From a virus: a DNA stretch of 64,000 bases. The position numbers and the translations under genes are program-made. Every line of letters starts with the position of its first letter. Position 1 is the first letter of the stretch. The stretch is from IMG/VR virus record IMGVR_UViG_3300039098_000035, positions 1 to 64,000 of that record, one strand, 5' to 3'. Under the pieces are notes generated by a model, which was given only the letters and a program-made list of their open reading frames with translations, ran no database searches and was not told the origin of the DNA. Below, piece by piece: positions 41,501 to 49,379 of the stretch.

Positions 41501-44500
41501 GTCTTCTAGGATCCCCTACAGTACTTTTAAGTGCAGTGACTATATCTTTTTTAAGACTGTCTGATATTTTAACGTTTACATCAAGTTCTTTAAGTAGGCT
41601 TTCTGTATTTTTAGTGCTGTGCAAGTCTTTAAGTTTCTTAAGACTGTAGTAGTTAATACCTCTAATCTTACCTAGCTTACGTGCGTTTTTATGTGCATTC
41701 TTTTTCTTGTGTCCTGCACGTATAGTTTTATACGTAGATACTAATCTATGCTGTAGTGTAACTCCATCTTTTTTCTTATCGAACTCATCTTGCATTTTAA
41801 TAATAGTTTTAACAGCTTGATTTATTTTATTAGGACCGTAAGGTTTAATATATGCTTTAGCATGTGGAGGCGCTACTTCTAGTAGTGCTTGTTGTCTTTC
41901 ACGCATTTCATCAGGTGTGATGTACCATTCTAGTCCTTCTTTATGCTTGCGTTTTAAAATGTGCATCATGTCTGTATGTAGCTTATGTCCACGTTTAAGC
42001 TTGTGCATGAAATCGTATACAGTATCACGTACATTGTTAAGGTTCCTTAAGAAGTCCTGGTTCAATACATTAGAGAAATCAAATGACATCTCAGATGCAT
42101 TGTACTTAGTCTGCATCTTTTCTAATGCAGTACGGATGTTCTCAAGTAGTGTTTTAGATCCTACAGTAATACCTTTAAGCTCTGCTAGTTTAACGGTATC
42201 GATTTTATCTTCTAGTTTACTAAGGTCAAACAGATCCCCATTAGAATTTCTACGGATGTACTCGTCTTTAAAGAATAGATTAGCTATCACATCGATAGAA
42301 TATTTATCGAACTCAGTGTCAGCTCCTACATACTTCAGGAACTCCATGAAAGCTGCTTCAAGTTCAGCATCTTTTTCTAACTGCTTATATACTGAAGAAC
42401 TATTGAATGCTACATTAGTTAACGTACCTTTATTAATTGCTGTATGTTTCTCTTTTAGTTCGGAGTATTTCAAGAACTCATCTACAGTTTCATCAATGCT
42501 CATTTTCTTTTTCTTAGCTACACTTATAAGTTTGTTTATATCATTGAGGTATTTTTCAATACGTACCTTGCTACCTTTAACATTAATTATATTTGGGTTA
42601 ACTTCACCTAGTATCTTACCGTTTACTACTTTAGTAGTGTACTTGTATACATTAACGTATTTACCTATCTTATGCATTTTAGTAATGTCGCCATGCTCTT
42701 CATCAGTTAATATGAATACTTTACCTATGTTGGCTACACCTTGTGTCTCTCTAATAGTTGCTTTGATTTTATTTATAACTCTTTCTGGGAATACATCTTT
42801 ATTGTCAGTAACGATTGTAATACCATAGTCACTAGCACTGCGTACTTCGAAAGAAGCTCCTTCAAAGGAACCTTTCATTGTTGCTTTTAAATGCGTTGTA
42901 AGTCTATTAGCGTATACTATATCATTCTCATCTATAATGTTCTCACCTATCTCAGTGTTGTAGTTAGGTAACCCTTTAACATTCTTATCATTGACGTTCA
43001 ATTTACCATTGATATCTTTACGTTTAACAACTACATACTTCTTAGACTTAACGTCAAATGCCATAGCATAGTCTTCAAAATCTGTGCTGTATGTGCTGTG
43101 TATGATTGATGATATACTACTTGGGTTTGCTTTAAGGAACTTGAAGAATGGCACAGGATCTTTTAACTTAGCATCCTTAGCTATTTTTTGTATCCTAGTA
43201 TATGCACTGATACGCTCAGTAAGATCTTTAACTTCAGTACCAACTCTTTTAATACGTACTTTGTACTTATCAGGATTCTTTTTAAATCCATCAAGTATTT
43301 TTTTTGAATGTTTTAATCTCTTTTGTAATTTAGTTATGTTTCTATCCAATGCAAAACCTTTAGATACTTGGTGTTTATAAAAGAATATCTCACGGAACAG
43401 TCCTTGTTTAGTTTCTTCAGGCATCTTAGAGCCCATGATATACAATGCAAACAATGCATCAGGATCTTTAGGCTTGGCTACTTGTTTGCCATTAACATCG
43501 ATTGTTTGTATCTTCTTGTTGAGTATATCTTTAGTTGCTTTAGTATACAGCCCTGTAACATTCTCTTTAAGATATTCAGCTATGTTAGCTTTGAAATCTT
43601 TCTGTGCCTTACTACGTTTACGCGTGTTAAGGAATGTATCTAAGGATAGTGATCGTTGGAGATAGTTGTACTGTGGGTCCACAAGTAGATTGTAGTCTTC
43701 TTCAGTACTATCACGTAAGTAAGCTTCCTTAGGGATGTCTACTATATCCTCTATCAATAGGTTTCCATATTTATTAATTAACCCATTGTATTCTATTTCA
43801 ATTCTGTTATTGATGTCTTGTACTACCTTGATATCTTTATTCTTACCTACCCTGATACGTAGGCCATAGATATCTTTTATATTAACATGGTACTCAAGTA
43901 ACATTGTGAACATATTTATTGTTCTGACACCAGTATCAGTCTTAATAGTAAATATTACTTCATCATTCTTAAGTCCATAGTCTGTAACTTTTCCAGGATC
44001 TAACTTAAGTTTACTTGCACGATCTGTTTCAATATATTTATTCAATAGGAACATTACCTGGAATAGTGGAACCTCAAGTTTGTTTATATCTGTATCATTA
44101 TTGAAATCCAGCTTACCGTAGTTCATTATGTCTTTAATTAGTGTATCATACTTAGCGTCCCCTATTATCATAGCCTTTACTACGTCTCTAGCTAGGGTAT
44201 AGTATCTGTCGGACAGTCCTACAATATCTTTTTGTTCATATGCACGTATGGATGCCATGATACTAGATATTTTTTTGTGGGTTCTATTGAAACTGTTAGT
44301 AAGAAGCGCTTCATTAGTCTTAGCTATTGCATCTTTAAAGATGCCCTCATAGACACCTGCTTTAAAGTGTCCATCAGGATCATTGATTAAGTTTTCAATA
44401 AACACATCTATATCTTCTTCTTCAAAGCCTAGGTCTTTATTTAATTGGAAGATATCTAGGTAAGGGCTGTTAGTATGTGTACTCATATATTCTTCTACAG

Positions 44501-47500
44501 AGGTATACATACTTTTATAAAGCATTTCTTTGTATTTAGATTCCTGCTTTTTATTTACTTCTACGTATGTGCTTATTTTTCTACCGCGTTTATAGTTTTC
44601 TGCAAGTACTCTTACTTTGAACGCTTGGTCTACTTCATTGGGGTACCTCTTAAGTCCTACACGGTTTAAGTACTTCCAATCAAATTTAATATTGTCTCCA
44701 ATGTCTAGCATTTGTCCGAACATCTTTATAACATAATCATAATGTCCTTTCGATACACGTCCTTCAACTTTCAGTACCTTGAAATAATCTGTAAGTTTAC
44801 TGATGTCTTTTGTGTTGTGATCTATATACTTAGACGGGACTACACCAAACTCTATAGGTACTACTTTAGTAGTGTACTTGTTACTTAAGATACCCTTAAC
44901 ATACTTCACAGTTTTAGTGGTGCCTTTTCCCCCCACTACTGTACTGTGTTTAATGGATGGTATCAGGTTAAACATATTCTTTTTCTTAATTTTATTTACA
45001 ATAGACGCTTTACTGTTCTCTAGTCTAGTGTCTACTCTACCTTTAATACGTTCCTTACGTGCTTGCTCAAGCTTACGTCTGGATTTTATTTCTTTAAGAG
45101 CTACTGATTTTGTAACAGCACGCTGTTCTACTGCAGTAGCATTATCGTTATGCTTGTTTAAAATATATGCCGCTTCTTCAGTTACACTTCTTGTATTTAG
45201 TAAGTATTTAACTACTGTACCTTCTTTATACGTGTTGATATAGTCTGTCTCCGTGTATACTGCTTTAGTTCCCCTTATTTTTTTAACTTCATTTTTAGTA
45301 GGTATTCTAGGAAGGATCTCACGATCAACATCTGCTGACATAAATAAACTAATGTCTTCTTTAACTACTCTACCTGAATACATATATGATTTAAAGAATT
45401 CATATGTAGGGTTCTTACGCATGAGAGTATTTACAAGATTTATTTCAGCTTGTAAGACATTTTTGAATTCTTCATAAGCATCGGTTCCTTTTTTAGACTG
45501 TAGCAATGTTACAAGTTCTTTATCTGCCTCTGTGAATAATTTAATAGCAGCATTCATCTTGTCTCGGAACAGTGAGTTACCTTTACCATACATTTTACCG
45601 TACACTATTTCTTGTAGCTTAGCTTCAGTTAGGTCCTGTAATTGTACACGTTCAATATGTATTCCATCAGACATCATAATTTTATTTATGTTAGTATATA
45701 TCTTATTAAGTACATCTCCAGAAAGAACTTCAGCTACATTGTCTTCAGTTACAAGGTTAGTTTTGTTTATAAGCTCACGTATAGTATCTATACGTTTCTT
45801 TGCATCCCACTTTCTCCAGTTGGGTTTAGTTATATTTACAGGTACTTTAACAATACCTGCCATTAATAAACTTACATCAGATGTTTTTAATGTTTTGTAT
45901 ATTGCTTTAGTAACCGCTTGTTGTAATGTTGGCCTGTATTCTATATCTATATTTCCTTTTACTTTTAATTTTCCTAGCAAGATTGTTTTAAGTGATGCCC
46001 CTTTTTGGGTTACTCCCTGTGCATCTTCATAGTAGTATGCTGCATCAATACCAAACATAGCTGCTATTTTATCCAGCTCATCTAGTGCTTTCGTATCCTT
46101 ACTGAAGTAATCTTGTAGCAGTTTAGATACATCCATTGTGGCTTCTTTAATTTTTACGTTTGTACCAGGTACCGCTGTAGTTGTGCTTACATTAGTATAT
46201 GCTTTATATACATTAACAAGTCGCAGTAAATTAATAAGTGTTTTGTTTAAATCGGAAGCGGTATCAGACATAACACCATTTGCTGTATGTAAAAGAGATA
46301 ACACTTTATTAACTGCCGTGCTATATTTAGTGTGGTACAAGTAATAAGTAACAGCACTATTTTGTGCCAAGTATTTTTTAAGGTCATCATTTTTAAACCT
46401 TCGTTTAACAACTTCTTCTATTGTTTGTCCCGTGCGTTCAATGGCATCTTTGTATAGTTTTATCTCTTTTTGTATATCTTTTAAAGTGTCCTTATTTACC
46501 CTTACTTTAATACCACTTCCGCTTAAGTATTCAATAGGGGCAAGATCTATAAGGGCTTTGTCCTTTTCATACGTACGTTTTCTTTTTTCAATTAGGCGTT
46601 TAGATTCTTCTATATCTCTGCGTATATCTGCATACTCTTTTTTAACATCCTCACTAAGTAGCTCTGCTTTGTCTGATAGTATTTTGTCTAAGTGCTCATT
46701 CAAGTTTGCAACACGTTTAAACATATCGTCAAGTGTGTCATTACTTTTGTTAACGTCATCTTTATTATTTAATGCCTCTGATATTTGTGGGTTCTTGTAT
46801 ATGGTATCTATATTAGTAATTAATTTTTCTAAGTTAGTTATTGTTTCTGCTTGCATTTTTGTAGATGTGGAAGTACGTCTAGATTCTACCCATTTACCTA
46901 CAGCAAAACGTAACCCTTTTATTGCGGTGGATACAGGGTTCGTTACATGAGTGATAGCAGTAGCCACGGTATCGATAGTGTCCATATGTGCACGCATACC
47001 AGCGTACCTACTGTACATAATTGCTGCGTTTTTAGTATCAATAGTAATATCCATATCTTGTATAAATTTAGCCACTAATGTACTTTCATCAGCTCTATCT
47101 TTATAGACTTCTTTAAGGGCTCCTAATGTTCTAGTAACACCTCGTACAAATAGTCTACTCTCGTCATCAAGATCTTTACGTCCTTTGATACGCTTGTATT
47201 TATTGTATGCTTTTTGGAATGCTGTTTTTTGTGCATCAGATCCTACGTTATATTTAAAAGTACCTTTAGTAAATATTTCATTAAACATTTTTACTATTGC
47301 TTTATACTGTACATCTATATCTATAGTACGGTATTCAGCTTTACCGGTCGCATCTTTAACATTGTTCCCTGTTAAATCCATCAATAGTTTACGGACACCT
47401 TCAGGACCTTCTTTGATATAGCTGTGGACAAGACGTTGCATTTGTGAACGCCTATAATCTGCGCCATATTTATGTGCAAAAATACCGTGGTTATCTACAA

Positions 47501-49340
47501 GCTTACCAATATCATTTGTTTTAGCGATGCCGCCTTCTGTCTGTATTTTGGCGGCTTCATAATCCATAACACGATTAATTAATTGTGATGTACTCTTTAC
47601 AATTTCAGTAGTACTATATTTATCGAAAGCCTCATTGAAGTTTTGAGGATCTATTATAAGTTCTCCTAATGTAGATATTAAAGAGTTTCCTAAATTTCCG
47701 ATGTCTACTCCAGCAGCTTCACGGATGTCATCAAACATAACTGATTTATATATCTCGTCACTGTATCCCCATGAACGTGCCATAGCATCTATCATATCAG
47801 CAGAATTTCCAGATACAAGTCCTAATAATATTGCTTTGTTTCTAGTGGCTCCATAAAGGTTGTCATTGATATCTCCATATAAAGATATGGCTGAAACAAA
47901 ACTTACATCTTCAGGATTGTCAGGGGCCCAAGGTAACGCATCATCTATAATTCCTGTAAATGCAGACACACCTTGTAAAGCCATCATAGATAGACCTGCT
48001 CTGGCTTGGTTACCTAGTGCACTAGTTGTTAGCCATTGAGACGCACCATGAATACCAGGTATGTTTCCGATAGCTCCGCGTCCTGATGCCATTGAGTTCA
48101 GCATTACAGGAACTCCTAGCATAGTTACAGCTGCTGCCAGTGTAGATATAGGTCTATTAATAATACCTGCATTTAAATTTTTAATAAACATTTCCTGTGC
48201 TTTAGCACCTTCAGGTGAAAGGGATTTACCTAGGGTTTGTCCGACCAACCAACCTTGGATGGCGCTGACACCTAGAGAAACCACACCACCTATAGTAGAT
48301 ATAGTTGTACCTAATACTCCTACACCTGCTCCTACACCAGTAAACCAAGAAGAGTACCCCGCTATTTCCATAGCACTCCCAGCTACAGCTACAGAATCAC
48401 CTAGCAGCGCTAGACTATTAAGTCCTATATTTAACAAGTCTTTCTGTTCTATACTTTGGGATAGTCCTGCTATTGATAGCCCTAGCGATGCTAGATCTGC
48501 AGTAGCTCCGATATAAGGTACAAGCCCTGTACCCTTAGTGGCAGCTTTACTTCCAGTTTTTATTATATCTGTTGTAATTCCTGCACTACGTAATGTATCG
48601 CCTGTTATATTAGCAGCACGTGCTGCGTCATCAGCTGTGTAATATGCCTTGCGTGCTTTTTGCAATGCTTTTTTACCTGCATTGGAATTATTTCTATACT
48701 TGTATTTAGTCCATAAATTTTCTACTATGTCTTGTGTAAGGTTAGCATCTTTGTCCATCATTTCTGCGGCTACAAGAGCGTCTTTTGTACCTAAAAATGC
48801 TTCATTTACTTTATTATAATTAGTGATTAACGCATCATATTTATCATATACTTTTTTATTATCAGATATTAAACGCATTCGTGAGAATGAACTGTTATGG
48901 AACGCAGTACGTTTTGGGTTTAGTTCCCCAGTCCACCCTGACTTAGGGTTAATAGTATTACTGCTCCAAAATCTTTTTGATATAGGGTTCTTATATTTAA
49001 GCCCTAATGCAGGTAGCGTTGCAACGCCACTGCTTAATAGCGAGCTTACTCCAGCACCTACAACTCCACCTATAATTCCAAATGTATCATATATCCCTGC
49101 ATCTTTATACGCATACTCTTTACGAATACGTTCCATATAAGCTTCATTATTTACAGCAAATGGAGATGCTGCCATTTGTTCCAATGTATATTGGAATTGT
49201 GAAGCATTGTATGCACCTGCTTGACCGTAACCAAGTACCCCGGTATACAGAGGATTCATAGCAGGTCTACTGTATAAGTTAGCAACCTCTAAATGGTTAC
49301 GGTTATACACATAAGGTTTTCTAGGTTTCATTACAGCCAT
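26550..49340 (-). CDS. Giant (7596 aa) virion/ejection polyprotein containing a single-chain two-barrel RNA polymerase and a DEDD exonuclease-like domain
   Basis: Collinear RNAP motifs AFED, NK..GLYGFKG, SSIQERG, LYVIMDADH, RGG, HGNTG..RR, ARSP, GGDNDGD; VLDMET and IAHNGESFD; hydrophobic N-terminus; AAAGGAG RBS; lies next to the capsid operon. Confidence 0.88.
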   Translation of the reverse strand: MAVMKPRKPYVYNRNHLEVANLYSRPAMNPLYTGVLGYGQAGAYNASQFQYTLEQMAASPFAVNNEAYMERIRKEYAYKDAGIYDTFGIIGGVVGAGVSSLLSSGVATLPALGLKYKNPISKRFWSSNTINPKSGWTGELNPKRTAFHNSSFSRMRLISDNKKVYDKYDALITNYNKVNEAFLGTKDALVAAEMMDKDANLTQDIVENLWTKYKYRNNSNAGKKALQKARKAYYTADDAARAANITGDTLRSAGITTDIIKTGSKAATKGTGLVPYIGATADLASLGLSIAGLSQSIEQKDLLNIGLNSLALLGDSVAVAGSAMEIAGYSSWFTGVGAGVGVLGTTISTIGGVVSLGVSAIQGWLVGQTLGKSLSPEGAKAQEMFIKNLNAGIINRPISTLAAAVTMLGVPVMLNSMASGRGAIGNIPGIHGASQWLTTSALGNQARAGLSMMALQGVSAFTGIIDDALPWAPDNPEDVSFVSAISLYGDINDNLYGATRNKAILLGLVSGNSADMIDAMARSWGYSDEIYKSVMFDDIREAAGVDIGNLGNSLISTLGELIIDPQNFNEAFDKYSTTEIVKSTSQLINRVMDYEAAKIQTEGGIAKTNDIGKLVDNHGIFAHKYGADYRRSQMQRLVHSYIKEGPEGVRKLLMDLTGNNVKDATGKAEYRTIDIDVQYKAIVKMFNEIFTKGTFKYNVGSDAQKTAFQKAYNKYKRIKGRKDLDDESRLFVRGVTRTLGALKEVYKDRADESTLVAKFIQDMDITIDTKNAAIMYSRYAGMRAHMDTIDTVATAITHVTNPVSTAIKGLRFAVGKWVESRRTSTSTKMQAETITNLEKLITNIDTIYKNPQISEALNNKDDVNKSNDTLDDMFKRVANLNEHLDKILSDKAELLSEDVKKEYADIRRDIEESKRLIEKRKRTYEKDKALIDLAPIEYLSGSGIKVRVNKDTLKDIQKEIKLYKDAIERTGQTIEEVVKRRFKNDDLKKYLAQNSAVTYYLYHTKYSTAVNKVLSLLHTANGVMSDTASDLNKTLINLLRLVNVYKAYTNVSTTTAVPGTNVKIKEATMDVSKLLQDYFSKDTKALDELDKIAAMFGIDAAYYYEDAQGVTQKGASLKTILLGKLKVKGNIDIEYRPTLQQAVTKAIYKTLKTSDVSLLMAGIVKVPVNITKPNWRKWDAKKRIDTIRELINKTNLVTEDNVAEVLSGDVLNKIYTNINKIMMSDGIHIERVQLQDLTEAKLQEIVYGKMYGKGNSLFRDKMNAAIKLFTEADKELVTLLQSKKGTDAYEEFKNVLQAEINLVNTLMRKNPTYEFFKSYMYSGRVVKEDISLFMSADVDREILPRIPTKNEVKKIRGTKAVYTETDYINTYKEGTVVKYLLNTRSVTEEAAYILNKHNDNATAVEQRAVTKSVALKEIKSRRKLEQARKERIKGRVDTRLENSKASIVNKIKKKNMFNLIPSIKHSTVVGGKGTTKTVKYVKGILSNKYTTKVVPIEFGVVPSKYIDHNTKDISKLTDYFKVLKVEGRVSKGHYDYVIKMFGQMLDIGDNIKFDWKYLNRVGLKRYPNEVDQAFKVRVLAENYKRGRKISTYVEVNKKQESKYKEMLYKSMYTSVEEYMSTHTNSPYLDIFQLNKDLGFEEEDIDVFIENLINDPDGHFKAGVYEGIFKDAIAKTNEALLTNSFNRTHKKISSIMASIRAYEQKDIVGLSDRYYTLARDVVKAMIIGDAKYDTLIKDIMNYGKLDFNNDTDINKLEVPLFQVMFLLNKYIETDRASKLKLDPGKVTDYGLKNDEVIFTIKTDTGVRTINMFTMLLEYHVNIKDIYGLRIRVGKNKDIKVVQDINNRIEIEYNGLINKYGNLLIEDIVDIPKEAYLRDSTEEDYNLLVDPQYNYLQRSLSLDTFLNTRKRSKAQKDFKANIAEYLKENVTGLYTKATKDILNKKIQTIDVNGKQVAKPKDPDALFALYIMGSKMPEETKQGLFREIFFYKHQVSKGFALDRNITKLQKRLKHSKKILDGFKKNPDKYKVRIKRVGTEVKDLTERISAYTRIQKIAKDAKLKDPVPFFKFLKANPSSISSIIHSTYSTDFEDYAMAFDVKSKKYVVVKRKDINGKLNVNDKNVKGLPNYNTEIGENIIDENDIVYANRLTTHLKATMKGSFEGASFEVRSASDYGITIVTDNKDVFPERVINKIKATIRETQGVANIGKVFILTDEEHGDITKMHKIGKYVNVYKYTTKVVNGKILGEVNPNIINVKGSKVRIEKYLNDINKLISVAKKKKMSIDETVDEFLKYSELKEKHTAINKGTLTNVAFNSSSVYKQLEKDAELEAAFMEFLKYVGADTEFDKYSIDVIANLFFKDEYIRRNSNGDLFDLSKLEDKIDTVKLAELKGITVGSKTLLENIRTALEKMQTKYNASEMSFDFSNVLNQDFLRNLNNVRDTVYDFMHKLKRGHKLHTDMMHILKRKHKEGLEWYITPDEMRERQQALLEVAPPHAKAYIKPYGPNKINQAVKTIIKMQDEFDKKKDGVTLQHRLVSTYKTIRAGHKKKNAHKNARKLGKIRGINYYSLKKLKDLHSTKNTESLLKELDVNVKISDSLKKDIVTALKSTVGDPRRLFMKGMDTSDTSKVEEYIDMFKREVIDTYVDYSLRNIQKVPFMELVMRANFAYSELPESNKLTFNEYYQKLLTEQKDKTKTARSEGPEYFRNIGSVTMDSWITKQVFPAGILDFLSPESYGDLQIVIKELLDAVEYTTFKDKQNYTVDPKTLKEIVPSRFKSIQEYLDSIKDIDVRNATAFFVDIEILKKTTKGYDIAELLTKHNLKDKDFDGAWVRVQGDVFQQAYDILRAGKKHTNRKFENNYEVYHLMGISLLDDNIIFKEAVHDYLFAIKSMDGKSIKLKADAKRIQVKKFLSAFGLEYEEVESLFRNYKTMDSIVSVIQAKFTTTSKMYAFTRVLNELKIQFLFKELGSKWNFKDARYTYRDIVVQGNMRAINDVEITNALGRDYKKDKFDNSVINSIDDSLNFINDARSYADSMNDKLKMVRIPKTDTVNEVIGIDPKYILTAETKMNQVTRNIQRRIYSNVMSKQNSVSPMSKIQHDLNNALADVSFDIIDEDYADDVTQVQSKNKVYNELRELFTDFTRHMRKDFKEKDFIRMQDIGIAFQVLKADNNLIGAYKEELGRYISLIPKHETARIKGLDASLKGILNKFESEGFLANNVKEGFIRGVLGYIIVNKYNVGKAEFADRQERMFTYIKKHLRRKSRLAKQDINNITTMLSGVQDVQKLVNKMYPKESLAAMTPTERKEAEKIIEATKDLKMILLNDLSITNAQTEDTMLIAQSFDDSIRIEETPLAIDYTNTERKMAELETIKKRIVSSQGGLKSSFKFALSDTTVAEEKLKEVEDNVAATTKAVEDLEESYIKLLEDRRNKKQEYLQKIFMNNPTLIKEFIEDTETFVRNKTLAAQKEVDGVRAKKDIGILKEYDRRKALELKRDTLIQSDEGILFRRVRSSKFVTAKDTFNTFKNELAILQITSVAKYKKWYEFIENSIDIIDRDLEATPKIISAKGNTLKWIHHYKGLKKSEDITNKRIDGLDAYLAGFQGIADLKGATLDKNQFAIINRFIYSIDKKYKDNITTAKKNVFETETVGKLTKRDITEILETTTKFKDRVEAQLDSQYASLKLLAGITMDGAAYENIIDAKVLALQASTRTLIRTPKPDMEKHEDEYKTKLIKVHANIAVDTFASKMKIERSKLSDMKANSLRENAIKKSKHLKTSTLLAKTVKDLNNMIKYKPGYTYTKSEELPTDVDTYIDGRLDFSIDKVHNAKVRKDVVSLEKLKANISKTRAALENNNKIVEALDKAKPTSVKKLLMEASNEIKIDNPTINTMDVVTYLSDSDIETMNETLVASRTKIKEAKVLKDKARLRQASYYTYTKGNIAKTEKIQGEIDELSVEAQGYKDSYDKLVEARLLEKPHSNSNLGTYMNLYGFKKGETPEEVALIKEQVLQDVINRTSGLFKGGKETLEELIKDASVSNKVELHNPIMDAIITRLNYVAQMKKLGRKIPEAFIVLDMETIKNNYGVPTPYQMTLVKQVMHKGSPVIKIVNQYISNQMFVAGTEELMQPDGAILITKSKQIEDFYEQQWKIAIKENPTAVRADVDAITAMTIEKVKGQGNDLLFVKTFVDEMNAASKNTPIIAHNGESFDFVYYDKFIQRIANTLLNNMYHKAINSMDADTIEAKLRATGLDWTSKDNLVNMGKERKLIEQYHKAIQEVRKKYNRGMEVTANELDMIDKFYSEILKIMSLKVIKDTQESLSIIQNVEVKEALFTGVNSQIDYINELFFNYVDADTLVSKESIKHELVQYFTKGFSIHSKLEQYKEIEKWVTEELLEKSEKEYLHILSVETILDYNTQTAYESYHNTVVGTVNDALGISKENNSTLAPAKMITNFEVKLKQILQHIEYLKSPASSAPGERSTQLRAEQKDLLDTAVVLEDRISEITTKIVDIENLKEEYIRDIQRATRVIQNFTDTMTYDVNIAVNRELALEISKRDLARTHTTNLGLIQMQMDEQVRGMNIAIKDLTEIANILKTTDIDNEADVKKVLESPKVKAMLEKTLEPEVIKAKSEAAINKLIKGYTDKITNMSKLVTKINKGSDITVSKELTTLLETKLTDVIKDIKTIKDIRVKDLQKSWNKYIHRFLPKANNKIDLTDKDITVELKGMYDSLLTAVPKWQGNTVFNTLLTNTSTTGGIHKVLEVLNTKDTTVGKLETRNISSMVAIAIQKDIAHYEHSIDILKNKTPGDDKSYNASLKSITNKFNEILSKVEVISNVKKEIEYEDIFNILQGRANDITIEDYEGLKAAATKRKDKQFIKDMNVKRVERAYNDYNEGINKSGIGLNPDVVFNTVHETDNGNIITVSVPTPPDKFGNTYVQQYTYNTKYPTKGTVKLAYYYTETDTDLIYKKPLVIERKIKPSELKKLLKTLYIHKDKDGKTVRGLTGLRKENIFTENGIDDAYESINKLVETLKSMQKKGAFKYYKEEADQAKAMKAALEGTVNDKDMKDTSLVKYDLSKLLRHRFYSYLDVIQYAKRKENAGDIHKVYRGIVDTVMSKFSSNDPGKHLNLIPADYSTNYIAKWTAKRAYELGMNLELSAEGSAGSATNIRTQANADKLHTFNTNAIRSILSLSKMHLNYTPIGAINETYVLEDADPSKTFEEHITDYVNKQKGTKKKKLTELLLETYKDDKVVKQVNTYTPNILTQKQFDMYEDDVLHKIGLNLQVGFIDHPDAFEDTLLIDSADARALGWDEGNKTWLGLYGFKGGVKYVEGLRAKFGVSIIGSKSSIQERGAYGAMLDQALDTIRMHMTGAKKVPALKQYNAKLKKMFNVTKGKLILDPGTDYDVVLSELFKGVKGKWRSLIDITFKEDLKVEFVDISKPNSVGEYNFKGMNMYKGGLYVIMDADHTADHMSTKTELTEAGEIKLSVKDIKGSVRGGVSMSPSVTDVMETKDVDWQKALLGGDYKGLSTYSNIYHYGFKKVLAVHGVKDTKGEYNVAETIGNIKDLFNNILVDDIETYLLYKNKLETLKDPREIEQIEVMLEEMENRARNKALEIIHGNTGVMYESIYRRHDGVRQQLLANLRLGQGEIRTSKDGWEAFQDLKGGFLEYGKVDKTIWKKLINGFDIKSAKAQDLVSNDGTTATVKNKKKFIDYLNSIGVTNDKINGVDHTMYTEKDGVFTFENFGQKYGWVVAARSPVQDYNAVPMLKVIGYHTHHAVEANAYLYKLIGGDNDGDTIGMLAVDSHKEIEPGVTQKTLFKNLDATEDNYYDHGYIEKINKKMQTSNKRITFDNVDLRYSSVGKHTFKEIRTHYTWGEIYGSTFDSIQKDIDDADVSKANIKWNNDNRKFFLNVAIRKLTKGANTIDGFKIEDYDNPAKVAAMFKRSKILDIASKYYIFDKLVGAGKYDISKHVSSEDFKYQTLHLSKADNATIREVGIENIMVNADKYKELFLKVANSKVYTDSVLGTVERIQTSKRGINLFGGNRKNRVAASILSRYNSLNRDPEGNVWDPFRGSNGNLTTRSLVTKLLSAKHIAKAKKMNKSKFISLAKKEIGNIADYYTSGNTETYKDMWADDMIKVLGDIHTTINESVRVTEELTSLKDVYDSTDQIGIVAHFNKYYPKDLNVFYKDMLEKITEDHKDHGTVTLSESDKMFIDVFYFGKNIKVAENFTKDKNVKKFIKKAGDNYLDQIIIDRRKLGVQSEDASTIIGLAKHAGRDIDKTVFYNNYNKKVGAKTAEESIRKVTTGVDRNHSRSLAIAMDSNPFEKNGVRISDEVVKARREALNKDMSNTQRKDYYNNETDARINLTKRINEYAKAEFFNDAHFADSIYYEVSDVLEAITKAFNAELPIKQILDKKIKVRGTVKTVNEYMQTLLTYNIPAYRVLRVLTTSYSLYRSVNDTYHLTNHAALSKDKIPFIAKGYGLFAQLITLKSKHERTRLDALLGDEHQAAKDFLLNNKDVDYEYLTMDLEGNVTRKTNTVSNNSIKVPAHYSQEMLSNLSTGSDARNNVANYTKMYNESTPLEQKLFTTYLEEKGIKSIRNQETLDDLLENVKTEFSTLRSIHGDKAEQYDDGIKKLSSNDIKIKIANRNKFSYHNVGNSIREITTAYTMYKQNEQELKELSAELLNIRGKIIHIKDDVTHKDKAIAYIDKNKDVTKHIADLNAKEKEVRSKIKKMKEITAKAAFSKSFSKGTFLLHDPKGRTIFDLYENAPKYIGDDPEFTSKDVQKIKDTNLMNMQKYQTPFLTMASLFKNDDDTYDWDKLFDYYRGNRKFLRLTVVMDAYDNETLVRNLGDQLRKNITEYDNKSNWAKMMPWNIYKHRKTTRFDSFEDIIKYVKDLNKGITKEDGIKINGKRYKTVDLNGIDFKDDVSPTLKEINIKTPEDFARVLKMMEDHMKNNNTTEELSIGFVTLDDFMSSYDIAYKPARLEGKGMIPDLVSSLQYSQKLMMRLSLGFLFRNYMDTWTQIYSELYTQEGLYGTITKAPEILRITGLTGQLYKLYQDVYEERLTVQIDIKSKFEEMQQVFTRIKNNHGSITHNDAITLVKNLVDIRNRIYSYTEGVKKLNNVKSRIKHRSDRATKVLKSLDTLMNFVVKDIVGFKNLKEIEKIEDPTFRFKAKEKLQVLDGRKDIKDSAAFILNINFAEYLTLHDSLMFDPSTPNKPRKRIKKWMEKYNKDKGKKDKPIYNDVEHILFEISAFMQTNAQIDTYKQEHYTYLRRIVEKRVSDNFNNTTDKTYEEVSKEVNDASRTFENKLAELAFQPYKLYANMNETIENTARIGGFLFDRYLYGYSFNETVNRSLKRWFNYGQRTPVETQLLADIPYLSFPIRTVDNWLDRMLDPSYNRLISDIVDGVYGQYADEDGQYDQYEQFQIMNGWLPVGGGVGLRLGFGLYDVQNILNNTAATIEQRRNPILRSLHTLATTKDVGEAMKNLATVGVLTRSANTLGPRNVTPPTPGVRKPVQQRERTLGNTFNFLYNYSEGNNKYTPYKYRNNNGRYKRYENIYKNWFNKYGRMRQPKVDPIGLVKDIQWKQYVRHRQSQAMR

Positions 49341-49379
49341 GGTATCAAGCTCCTTTGTATAGGGTTTATCTCACTACAT

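Noticed and set aside
44660-44705. GDNIKFDWKYL resembling the PolA ExoII motif
   Set aside because: No ExoI DxE motif found at a suitable distance; probably chance.
27556-49140. Many plus-strand ORFs (up to 303 aa) opposite the giant gene, and similar antisense ORFs elsewhere
   Set aside because: Shadow ORFs from codon bias: Ser/Leu/Phe-rich, no RBS, no motifs.
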